A DNA stretch of 64,000 nt. Origin: Octopus vulgaris. Taxonomy: Eukaryota. Numbering within the stretch: position 1 is the first letter of the stretch; every line of letters starts with the position of its first letter. Below the pieces are notes generated by a model that saw only the letters and a program-made list of their open reading frames with translations, made no database searches and was not told the origin of the DNA. The stretch lies in NCBI GenBank assembly GCA_951406725.2, contig OX597829.1, positions 8,494,001 through 8,558,000 of the forward strand, read 5' to 3'. This document shows, one piece after another, positions 1-12,195 of the stretch. Position numbers and translations under genes: made by a program.

Positions 1-243
1 GGAACTGCTCATATCCTACGCAAAATACTCTCTATGTAATCTCAAGGTTTAAAACAAACTTTAAAAAATTTTTTTTTTATTTATGTATTAGACATTCACT
101 AGTACAACACCAAAAAAAAAACTCCCAAATATATGGCACACTAGGCATAACAACAACGTGAACTTCCAACCTGTTGTCTCTTGAGGTCTCTGGGTGAGAC
201 TTGGAGCCAACTTGTACAAACATAAAGCAAAAGTCAAACATAG
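1..243 (+). mobile_element. 3' end of R4/Dong-type RLE LINE (subfamily A)
   Basis: Translates GTAHILRKILSM*; the 3' UTR is near-identical to the reverse complement of 54969-55200; runs directly into (TAA)n. Confidence 0.9.
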
Positions 244-273
244 AATAATAATAATAATAATAATGATGATGAT

Positions 274-326
<53 letters not shown>

Positions 327-405
327 TAACAATAATAATAATAATAATAACAATAATAGTAGTAATAGTAATAATAAAAATAAAAATAAAAATAATGATA
401 ATCAC

Positions 406-463
<58 letters not shown>

Positions 464-478
464 TTAATAATAATATTA

Positions 479-550
<72 letters not shown>

Positions 551-590
551 GTAGTGGTGGTGGTGGTGGTGGTGGTGGTGATGATGATGG

Positions 591-636
<46 letters not shown>

Positions 637-674
637 GGTGATGATGATGGTGATGGTGATGATGATGGTGATGG

Positions 675-706
<32 letters not shown>

Positions 707-723
707 GCGATGACGACGACGAC

Positions 724-756
<33 letters not shown>

Positions 757-790
757 AATAATAATAATAATTATTATTATTATTATTATA
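244..790. repeat. Compound triplet microsatellite (TAA)n-(TGA)n-(TGG)n-(CGA)n-(TAA)n/(TTA)n
   Basis: Read directly from the sequence. Confidence 0.97.
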
Positions 791-1123
791 AACGCATCTG
801 GCAAGACCTATCAAAAACTGAGCAAGTATAAAGATCTTGATATAGAATTAGCAAAATGTAGAACCTCAAGACTAGAACAATACCTGTTCTCATGGATACT
901 CTACGAATGATAGCAAAAGGGGCTTATTCCTACCTAGCTCAGATACCAAGAAACTCCGAAAAGAAGAAATTCAAAAGATAGTGCTTATGGGAACTGTCCA
1001 TATCCTACGTAAAATACTATGTAATCTGAAATTTTAAAACAAATATAATTTTCTTATGGTTTCTTAAACATTCTCTCGAACAAAACTATGTACAAAACCC
1101 AATATATGGCAACCTAAGCATAA
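788..1123 (+). mobile_element. 5'-truncated, degraded R4/Dong subfamily A copy (RLE C-terminus plus part of 3' UTR)
   Basis: INASGKTYQKLSKYKDLDIE...IQKIVLMGTVHILRKIL, homologous to ORF 55184..55864. Confidence 0.85.
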
Positions 1124-3660
1124 GAGGTAGGAGCTGAAAGCAGTTTATACGAGGTTAGGCGTAAACGCTCTGAGTCTTGGTTAGCAAGATGGCGTTACGA
1201 TAAACACGTTAGTGATTGCACAACCTTACAGATTCAAACTTTAAATGAGTGATATCAAGATCAAATAATAATCACAACTGCACTAGCGGGACCTCGAAAT
1301 ATTAACGGTGAAGGTGTTGCGCACAACAGGCAAGGGGTGTCTGATCAACTCCAACAGGTTGTCATCAAGTCATAGATCCGGACCAGAATCGAAGTAAAAA
1401 GGGAAAAATGAAAAGAATTAAATGAGAAAAAGCGTTACATTGTAGGATGCTGACTGAGAAGTATGCCAAATAAAAAAGGTTGCACAAAAGGAATGAAGAG
1501 AATATGAGACGAAAAAGAGTTTTTGAAGCATTTGTCAAGCGACTGCTGGGCCAAGCAGGAACAATTCGCATGAACGACTGGGTTACAGGATTAGAGATTA
1601 AAGAAATCCAGTAAAGAATAAAAAAAAAATGAGATAGCAGGGGTAGAAATAGCAGTAGCAGAAAGTGGTATTGAAAGGGTAAGGGATGAAGAATATGAAA
1701 AAGAAGTAAATCACTCCCTAAGATTGCCTGATGAATTAAATAGCGAAGATGATCTTGTTGGATAAGTGACAGTCACTGCTGCACAAGACTTGAATGACGA
1801 AGAAGATATTCTAGAAATTCGGTGAGGTAAAGTGTGTGATGAGAACAATGAAGTACCACCAACTGTAAGGTATATGGATAGAGGAAAAGTAAGGAGAACC
1901 ACAGCCAAAATAATGACGTTTTTAGCTTGATTAGAACAAAAAACATTAGTGAAACAAACCAGCTGATCATAGCTGCTGCTAATGCAGTAGCTGACAAAAT
2001 AGGATACAAACAAAAAACTGAAGAAATAAAAGGAATTGAAAATAAAGAAAGAAACCAGAGGAATTGAATACGAATGAAGTTGGAAATGACTCGGAAAGAA
2101 CTGGGGTAACTGAATAGGATAATGAAAGGAGAGATAAAGATGAAGGTGGTAATCAGAAAATTGAATGGACAGCACAGGTTAGAAGAATTGTCACAAAGGA
2201 TGAGAGCCTTAAAGGTCAAACTGAAAAGATATCATGCTAGATGCAAAGACCTTAACAGAAAAGACAGTTCCAATAATATTGAAGCCGTTTTTTTTAAAGG
2301 AAGTAGAGGGGAAACACCAGGAAATGATTTCTGATGCAGAAGAAAATAAAATATTTTAAAGGACCTGCTCTGGATGGAGTAGAAGTCTACTGGTTGAAGA
2401 ACTTTACATAGTTGCATGAAAAGATGAATACCTGCAGCATGGTCATGCCCCTACCTGGATGACAAATGGGCGAACGCTGCTATGCCTCAAGGATCCCTTG
2501 AAAGGTAACGTGGACTCAAATTTTCGGCCTATAATCTGTTTATAATATGGAGGCTTACGACTGGTTTCTTGGCGGAAATGTGATATAATTATTTAGAAAG
2601 TAACAATTAACAATCTACTTCCAGAAGAACAGAAAGGATCCAGGAAACTAAGTAAGGCAACAAAAAAAAAACACTTATTAGTTGATAAAAAAGACATTGA
2701 TTGACAGGAGTGAATGCAGCATGGGTAAATTTCAAAAGAGCATATGGCATGGTACCACACAGTTGAATAAGTTAACAATAAACATGTAGGAGTGGTAGAA
2801 ATATGGAGAAAATGGGTAATGAAAGTATGAAACATTAGAATACGGAAGATGGGAGGAAAACAAAGACTTGGAAGACTGGACATCAGACGTAGAATATTTC
2901 AAGATGATGGCATATCACCACTATTTGTATTTGCCAATATACCGCTCAGTTTGATATTGCGTAAAGTTATAATAGCTTACGATTTGGGAAAAATGATATG
3001 GTTAGATATATCATCTCACTTTTATGGATGATATAGAGATTTATGTAAAAAATGAGAAGCAGCCCGAAAGCCTTATACATACTGTTAGCAAGTTCTCAAA
3101 TGATTTAAGATTGGAATTTGAGAGGGAAAAGTGCGCTATGTTGAAAGTGAAACTAGGAAGATTTGAACGAAGCAAGGGAATTAAAATGCCAAATGGGAAG
3201 ACAATGAGAGCGGTTGAGAAAGTACAGCGGTATAAGCATTTGGGGATACTGGAATGAGATGAAATATAGCACGAAGAAATGAAACAAATTACCAGTAGAG
3301 AGTATACCAGAAGAGAGAAAATTATTGTAGTCAAAGCTGAATGGAAAAGAAGAGCATTACCCCTAATCAGATATGGAGTTGGAATTATAGACTGGACCAA
3401 AAACAACATACAGAAACTTAGAAAAACTAGGAAGCAGTTGACCACCCGAAAGCTGATATCAACCGGCTGTACCTGAATAGAGACCAGTGTGAAAGAGACT
3501 TAACTACCGTGGAAAAGTGTACAGATGGATAGAAAAATAAAACTACTAGAATATTTGCAGAATGACAGAGAAACTACTAAAGACAGTGAATATGGAACAG
3601 GTGATAAAGTGTGGAATAAGAGAAAAGGAACAAGAATGAAATTTAAAGAGAGCTCGTTAG
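1124..3660 (+). mobile_element. Old, frameshifted R4/Dong-type LINE (N-terminal region and RT)
   Basis: Fragments [77 protein letters not shown]. Confidence 0.85.
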
Positions 3661-4554
3661 ACAGATATGTAATATAGCCGAATGAATTGACTATAATCAT
3701 TCCTTGCAGATGTTTAATCCAATCCTGTACTAATGTAACTAATGTACTGATTTTCCTTTCCAGTGGACCGATATTCATAGATATAAATCTCAAGAACAAT
3801 GCTAAGTGGATTTAAGGAAATGGTTCTTTGAAGAAAGATGCTGAGCTGTTGTATGTATCGCTTAACTGTCGTAGGAACTGAACACAATATTGCAAGATGT
3901 CAGAAATACAACTGTTCGCTCACTTCTCACAGAATCTACTGAACCAGTATAGTGTGCCTATGAATTTGGACGAATGTAGCCAAGTATTACGATAGCCAGA
4001 TACACAGTGCAACATTTGTAATAAATCATGGACTTCCACGCTATCGATCCTTAATCCCAACCATTCGGCCACTGCTATCTCAATATCTGAACAGCACAAG
4101 ATTTTAAAAGTTTGCACTTAAATTTACTACTATAAAGTTATTTCTAGCTACCAGGATGTAGCCTAGCAATCTGGATGCAGTGCATTTATTTATTTATTTA
4201 TTTATTTATCTATTTATTTATTTATTCATTCATTATTGGTGATAATATGATTATTGTTGAACAGGTTCACTCGAAATCGTATGAACCACGCTAGTGGTAG
4301 AGTAGCAAAAAAGATAAACTTATTATTGGAAAATCTCTGGCTTCCTGGTCCTATTTTTCTGTCGTCTGCTATCTTCCCAGCAACACACGTTTTTTCTCTA
4401 TCATTATTTATCCACCACTCTTTCTCTACCCCACTCTCTCATCCCCTATATATCTTTTACTTCACAGATTAAAATTACGATAAGCTTAGCAATTTTCAGA
4501 CACGACATTACCTAGATAAGACGGAATCTTTCTGTGAGCTGATATTTATAAGAT

Positions 4555-4770
4555 AGCGGGTGGATTGGTGGAATCGTTAGGGTGTCGGGCAAAATGCCTG
4601 ATGGTATTTGCTTCGACTATTTTCTTTCTGAGTTCACATCATTGTAGACCAGCTTTATCTATATCTTACTGAATCGAGAAAATTAAGAAACAGTAAGTAC
4701 TGGAGTTTAAATCAACCGACTAACACTCTCTCAAACGCTCTCTCTCCTTATGTCTATTCAAGAGTTAAGG
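4555..4770 (+). mobile_element. Degraded SINE of the same family as 39288-39893
   Basis: gcgggtggattggtggaatcgttagggtgtcgggcaaaatgc...ttctgagttcaca resembles the reverse complement of 39780-39890. Confidence 0.55.
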
Positions 4771-4779
4771 GATGACAAG

Positions 4780-5440
4780 GACATCTGACTTTGATAAATA
4801 AATATTGAAGAAAAATATCAAAGAAATGATTTTAGTAGCATAACGACAGCCTTAATGGCAAATTAGATTAACTGAATGATATAGTTTAGTGGTTCCAGTC
4901 ACCTAAAGAATGCATGTGACCGCGTAAATGAAACTACTGCTCTTTTCACATTAGGATGCTCGTGAGTTCATGAGCAGTACAGAGGTTTACATATGAGAAA
5001 CGGATGCCATACTTGTTTGGAATTTTTGCAAGAAGCTAAGTTTTACTTACTTGACAAAGAGCTACGATCATTTGATGGAGGTAAAAAACAAAAGTGCTTG
5101 AAAATCATCGAATTGTGGTTATTGTGAGATTTTACTATAAAAAACAAAAATAGATCAAATTAAGTTGGCTTTTGCCGCAGTTGATACGACTTGCTCATTT
5201 AATATCACAATTAAGAATAAGGAAAAGAAAAAATAAGAGTATTATGATATTATTGAAAGCTGGCATGAAGTTGTTAACAGTGTCATCCTCCTATCAGTTA
5301 TCGTTGGGACTTTAGGAACAGTGAAAGTGTGATGAAGTATATAAGAGTAAACCTTGGAAAACGAAGTCTTAATCTGGGAGTAGGTGAAATGCAGTAACCT
5401 CTTTTCCTTGGATCCGCAAAACACTTCGGAAAGCCCTTGT
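4780..5440 (+). mobile_element. Degraded RLE C-terminus of an R4-type LINE, probably continuing 1124-3660 after an insertion
   Basis: KVLEN, (W)DFTI, VIVGTLGTVK, GEMQ..FLGSAK..RKAL, across frameshifts. Confidence 0.55.
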
Positions 5441-6001
5441 TACAAGTTTAGGATAGGTATAAACAGTATGGGAATAAATGTGTGTATTGTTCTAGATCCC
5501 AGATTTGGAGCCATCAGAAAGTAGAATGAAACTGTCCACAGCATCGAAACTATGTAACAGTATGACAACAACAATAACATAAAAATTAAACGACTAGAAG
5601 AAAGTGGGTAACTTCTGAGACAATGGAGAAGTTTGTGCGGTACCAGAATACAGTGGGCCACCCACAAAAGAATAGGGAAAGCTTTTGAAACAATGTGTTC
5701 ATACTATACTGTGCCATGAACGAGGAGAGAGGACTGCAGTAGCTTACCAGATAAAGAAAGATTAGATGAAAATGCATTAGGGAGTTGGTACAATGTAGCC
5801 AACAGAAATGGGTGCTGCGTGGGAGAATTCTGTGGTAGGGCAAAAGATAAGATAGAAATAAGTTTAGTCGTAGGAGCCAACTAGAGTCAGTTTTCTGGTT
5901 CACTCCATCTATGATATGCTTCCTATTCTTGCAAACCTAAAGCGTGGATGAAGCAAATACTCTACAATTTCTTACTATGTCTAGAACACAGATACACATG
6001 T

Positions 6002-8130
6002 TAAGAAAAGTAGAAAGATATCGTGGTGCCGTAACGATTTTCCAAGCCGATCACATGAGGAAAAGGTGTTCGCCTCCAAATTGGAAAGCAGTCTCGCTTC
6101 ATTCACGGGATTTCTCATGAATTCGCGTAAATAAAACAAGAAATCGATGAATGAAAGGACGTTACTTATCAGTGACATATTTTGGATATTTGTCTTTTAG
6201 GCAATTTTTTTGTGATCAATTTGTTTGCGTTATTCAGCATGATTTTGTTTTTGTTCTGGACATGGTGTTCTTATAATTTTGTGTTTTGGGAGTTCATCAT
6301 TGGTGCATATTCCTTCTTCTTGTGAGTTTTATGTGCTTCCTGTTTAGGAAAAGGGCTATCCTGGTAGGGGTATCCTCGCATACCGAGGCTCTTCTTTAAA
6401 ATATTTGAGTGTAAAATATTGATTCAGTATGCTGAGAGAGAAGGTATCATATCTAATGTTTAGGACATTATCTGTTGATTGTAATGTTTAAGTTTTCGGT
6501 AATACAGAGTTCACATTTGGTACTTCGTTCTCTCTATTTTCTGGCTTTAGCAATGATTTTCCATTCTATCTGGAAGTTGCTTATTCCACGTTCTTTCAAT
6601 GTTCATATATTTGACTGGATTGTTGCATGATTTTTGTTTTTGGCCTCTGAATGACGCCAAATGTTGCGTATACCTTGCTTTGAATGAGTTGCCCGTTATT
6701 CCGATATACGTCTCTGTTATTCCGTTGGGGTTCGTAAACTTGGCCCTGTATACAAGTTCATTCTCGAGACAGTTTCTGGTTAGAAGGCAGTGGTTTGGAG
6801 ATCTTCAGTTGCACTGTCTTTCGGGGGTGTTTCTGGTGTGTTTATGTTTATTGTGATTGAGTATTATTGACCCTTTATTGGGGAGGCAACTATAGCTAAC
6901 TTTAACAGTATTTCTGTTCAAGATCTTGTGGTATTATTGTGAATATGGAAAGTGGTTGTCTATTAGTTTTAAGAATTTCCTAGCTATGTTAGTGGCTACA
7001 TTCATGCTATAAGGTGGAGTGAACCATAAGTTTTTTTCTGTCTGGGAGTTTTTGGTCTATTCATATTTGGTTCAATGTAGTGTATGCTATTCTTGAAGTT
7101 GGACCTTTCTAATGCAAAATTATAATATGGGGTGGCTTTTTCGCAAGTGTTTTATCGACGGATAAATTGGAGACACGCGTACTAATGTTGTTAACTATTT
7201 GTTTAATTACTGCTGGTGGGTGATTTAAACTTATGTCTATGTTCAAGGCTTACTCGTTTTGTTTGAGGTAAGGTTTAAATTTTCCTGTGTTAAGATTTGT
7301 TATAGTGACATATGCCTTACTAAGTTCAAGTGCCTTCTGAAGCAAGCTTTTGGATATCAAGGGGTAGAACTCTACGATATCGTATTGTATGAATTTGCAT
7401 TTGGGTTTATCTTCTATTTTCTTAAACCATTCAATAGTTGCACTATTGCATATCCACTGGGTAAGATTTGAGTGTGATCTGATCGTATAATATTATCTAA
7501 TATGGATTTACTAATATTTCACTCTTTGTCGGATTTATTAATCTGCGGCATACAATTATTTTTATGTTCTTTAAGAGTTATAGAACGTCTTCGTGGGATA
7601 AGCATTTCTATTTTGTCTTATATTTTAAACTTTGTGGCTAAATTTTTGCTTCTATATTAATTGAATTACAAGTTGTGGGATTTGTTTACTTGTATGTTTT
7701 AGTTATGTTGTCGGTTAGTAGTTTGTTGTGTGTTTGGCTGTTTACTCCGTAAATATTTTTTGTTTTATCTGCTTTACTAAACATGTTCGTTGATGTTTTG
7801 AAAGGTTCGAAGTATGTCTGTAATGTGTATTGGAACTTGGGTTTTTGGTTGAATTTTACGTTTGTAACTAACTTTATAAGATCGTCTTCAAACTTTTCTA
7901 GGCTTTTAATGTGTGGTGGGTTTTTATAATATATGAAGCCGTAATTATCTTCTATATGAGGGCTGCAAGTACCTTAATCGAAAAAATTCGCCTTCCATTC
8001 TACTCTCCTCAGAACATTATGTATTTTATTGATAAGATGCCAAATATATACTTTCCTTGGAATAGGAATATTTTTCAGTGATTTCATTATTTCGTGTTTT
8101 TCCAGAGTTGGCTTTGATTATTTGTTCGTT
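6002..8130 (-). mobile_element. Penelope-like element, Naiad-type (RT plus C-terminal GIY-YIG), degraded with an internal RT deletion
   Basis: ATG at 8087; [84 protein letters not shown]....C.....C, LVYRA..TYIGITGNSFKARYTQH, KCELC. Confidence 0.9.
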
Positions 8131-8157
8131 TTCAGTGCTTAGCCAGTGTTTGTTGAT

Positions 8158-8610
8158 CTTCTCTCCCTGCATACACAAACAATATTTTACACTCAAATAT
8201 TTTAAAGAAGAACCCTATACGCGATGGTAACCCTACCAGGATTGCCCCTATTCCTAATGGTGAACACACATAACAGACAAACTTCACAAAACGAAGAAAT
8301 ATGTCCCAGCGACGAACTACCTCAGCACACAAGTATAAGAACACTATACCCAAAAACAAAACAAAATAATAATAACAAATTGATCACAAAAAATTGCCCA
8401 AGAGACAAATACAAGGGCGACAGACATCCAAAAGATGCCACTGAAGAGTAACGTCCCTTGACTCATTGATTCATTGTTTTATTTAAGTGAATTTACGAGA
8501 AACCCTGTGAACGAAGCGAGACTGTTTTCCAAAATGAGGGCGAACAACTTTTTCTATGTAATCGGCTTGAACAATTGTTAAGAGACTAGGATATTTTCCT
8601 GCTTTTTTTA
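8158..8610 (+). repeat. Inverted terminal repeat (pLTR) of the Naiad-type element
   Basis: Diverged reverse complement of about 6002-6445; begins with the ORF C-terminus FSPCIHKQYFTLKYFKEEP. Confidence 0.88.
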
Positions 8611-8704
8611 AAACATGAAACAAATGGTAGCCTTAATTCACAAATAAAGAAATTTATCCAATAATGCGGCGTTGAGCACTCATTTCCATTGTTGGACATT
8701 TACG

Positions 8705-8762
<58 letters not shown>

Positions 8763-8939
8763 CACATGTATAGTAGAAAATATTCTAGAGGGGTAACGAA
8801 TGTACTTTGATATATACAGAAAGAGAAAAGCTTAAAAAACAGAAGATTTGTGTTACAGGATTAAGGAGTATATTAGAGTCATAATAATAAGTCGAAAAGT
8901 GTGGTCGCTCTATTTACGGAATAATATGTCGAAAAGTAT

Positions 8940-9330
8940 GGTAGCTCTATTTGCCAATCTGATAGAAGGATTGGAATTCCATTTCATACAAGTGCTAATA
9001 TTCAAAATCAAATTTAACTTCACTACCTTATCAAATTTAACTTCAATACCTTATTTACGTAATCAGATGCTCGGGCTACCTTCGAAACTATATAGGTTCG
9101 ACAGCAATGTCAATCAGATAGAGACGTACAGTCCACAGACAACAAATTTCCACCTAAAAGTATCGCCAAATATGTCTCAGTCAACCCATTGACGAATGTG
9201 CAGAACGGTTACAACCACAATTCATAATTTTCCCATTTTATCAACTTGCTTTCTGGAACTCCACACAAGTAAGACTGAAAAAGGAAGCCTCGTTTATCCA
9301 AGAATATAAACCAGAATTATATATGAACCC
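8940..9330 (+). mobile_element. Penelope-like GIY-YIG endonuclease fragment
   Basis: LIYVIRCSGYLRNYIGST..R.TVHRQQI...IFPFYQ...KEASFIQEYKPEL (frameshifted). Confidence 0.75.
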
Positions 9331-9909
9331 ATATTAATAATAAAAGACTTACCCCTTCTATTTTAAGATATAAGTCAGAATAAAATACAGACCAACAACA
9401 AAGATTACAGATTTACCTCTCTTTTATTGTAAAATAAATGAGCGAACAATTATCTCCTAAGTAATAGGTCTCCCGCCCAGCAATATGTCTATTTTTCAAT
9501 CCTTAGCTTGATGAGCAACGCGAAACTGGTCCTTACTCTAATTATGTTGAAAGACAAAATCATATTTCGTACACAATTGTATACTATCTTTATTATGATT
9601 CTAATATACCACTTAATCCTGTGAAACAAATCTGTGTTTTTTTAAAATCTTATATGCTTGTGTGCATGTATATATATTCTCTCTTTATTCCCTTGTGTTC
9701 TTTTCGGGTAAAGAGCGTGATGCTAGATACGTAAAAGACTCTCACTTTCCCGAGCGTCAAACTAATGTATCTGCTTGTTGTTTTGTTTTTCTGTAAATTT
9801 CAACTACGTGTGCGCGCGCATGTTAGTGCGTGCGTATGTGTGTGTGTGTTTGTGTTAGGCAAAGCACAAATAATGATCATTATACAATATAGTTCCGGTC
9901 GTTCAACTT

Positions 9910-9990
9910 CCCTCAACTGATCAGCAGACCAACTGAATAGCCTATCAGCAACGTATCTGTAGTGTCTACTGGAAACAGCTGTAAGCTAAA
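9910..9990 (+). ncRNA. Candidate degenerate minimal type I hammerhead ribozyme (pLTR-associated)
   Basis: CTGATCA (9917; canonical CUGAnGA) - GCAGAC/GTCTAC stem II - GAAA - C-AGCT-G - TA (9972-9983). Confidence 0.5.
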
Positions 9991-10505
9991 TTTGCTCAAA
10001 TAAAGGAAAAATATGTAATGACCATTAATTTATACCCTATCTTCTATATATGTGTGTGTATGTGTGTGTGCGTTGGTGTGTGTATTGGTGTCTTATTTCC
10101 GTATTTTTCTATTTTTCATGAATTTTACTTTTTATTTTTTCACTCTTCATTTCCACTTACCTTTATCCATTTCAAACATACCAGCATACACCGGCCACAT
10201 TATATACACACATCTACCTCACACACACACACTTCGGCATATCCTTATATGTACTAACAGAGCTCTCTACTCACGCATTAATACACATACATATACGAAG
10301 ACGTGCACACATACATATACACACACTCACGCGCACACACGCATACATACATGCACACTCACATATACACACAGCCATGAATACACATACTCCGCACGCC
10401 CTCATACGCACTCATACGGGTACACATACTGGCACTACCACCCACACGTCCTCATACACACATATACGCAAACATACAAATTTATTTATTTGATTTGACT
10501 AAATG

Positions 10506-10728
<223 letters not shown>

Positions 10729-11132
10729 GATGGATAGAGAGATAGTTATAGAGATGGATATAGATAGATAGAAAAATAGATTTACATATATATGCGTGTG
10801 TGCGTGTGTGTAGTGTTTTAACGAATTATTTTGAACTCCAGTTATAAAGATAATAAATGAAGACATCAATTTGACTTCATCTGGTTTATATTGTAAAACT
10901 CAAGAAATTATTTTAGAGAAAGAAACCCACAATTGAATTTAACAAGAAAAACAGAAAATTAAACTTAGTTTCTTTCATTCCGTAGCAAATAATTACTTTA
11001 TGTAATTTCATGGTCTGTAATACTTTAATAACATTTGCTTTTGATGCATACATACATAATTACGTAAATACATATATACATACATGCATACACACACACA
11101 TATATACACACACACACACATATATATATATC

Positions 11133-11202
<70 letters not shown>

Positions 11203-11491
11203 AACACACACGCGCGCTCACACACACATGTATATATGTATGTATAGTATTAAAAATAATGAGGAGAACGGAGATTTTCAACATCTATAATTTTATTAAA
11301 CAATTATTTACAGTTTTCTTTCGTGCACCTACGCACGTTTCAGCAGCATCAACTGCACGCTGTTAGATGTGCAAACTGGTGTTAATGTCGGTACAGTATG
11401 ATCAGGGTCATATCTTACTGCCATTCGAAGTTAAACTGAAGAAATCAAGGAGTTGAATGAATAAATAATTTTTAGGGGGTGTTGGTGACAC

Positions 11492-11551
11492 TATAGATAG
11501 TTAAATTTTCATATAGATAGTTAAATTTTCATATAGATAGTTAAATTTTCA
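11492..11551. repeat. 20-bp minisatellite x3 (tatagatagttaaattttca)
   Basis: Three exact tandem copies. Confidence 0.92.
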
Positions 11552-11677
11552 GCTCAGCTAAGTTTGGTATGTGGAGTTAGATGTAATCTTAAAGTAGCTG
11601 TGGTTAGCCGGCATATCAAGCCGATTGAAAAGGAAAAAAGGTAACCGCCAGTATTACATATCCCTTTGAAATCATTT

Positions 11678-11730
<53 letters not shown>

Positions 11731-12109
11731 GTACAAAGTAAGATAGGGGTTATGGGTGTAACCCACTATGGGATATCATTTATCCAATATACTGTTGGTA
11801 AAATACCCAGATTCTTAATACATAATGTTTTAATTGCAATGCAATTATGTCATTTATTGTATCAAACGGGTGAAGGTAAAGAAATATTTTTACCGTAAAT
11901 TCATAATGCAAATAAGAAAATGAGGAAACAAATTTAGTTTGTTCATCAAATTTCGGATATTAGAATGTTGGATTATTTATTCATTTAACAAAATTAGAAA
12001 CTCGATAGCATACATATATATCTTATAATTCAATACATATAAGATAAGAAATTGTTATTCATCTGGTCCTAAGCATAGACGTATTATGATATTGTTATTA
12101 TTGATAAAC

Positions 12110-12110
<1 letters not shown>

Positions 12111-12195
<85 letters not shown>
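12111..12195. repeat. (TAA)n array at the 5' junction of an R4/Dong copy
   Basis: Read directly from the sequence. Confidence 0.97.

Noticed and set aside
88-910. Long poly-Ile/Met/His ORFs (also 54574-55125)
   Set aside because: Translations of triplet microsatellites plus LINE UTR; not genes.
8438-8510. Hammerhead or SECIS in the Naiad pLTR (CTGAAGAG...GAAAC; GTGAA/ATGAA motifs)
   Set aside because: I could not build the required stems by eye, and the other arm differs in the core; left to computational testing.
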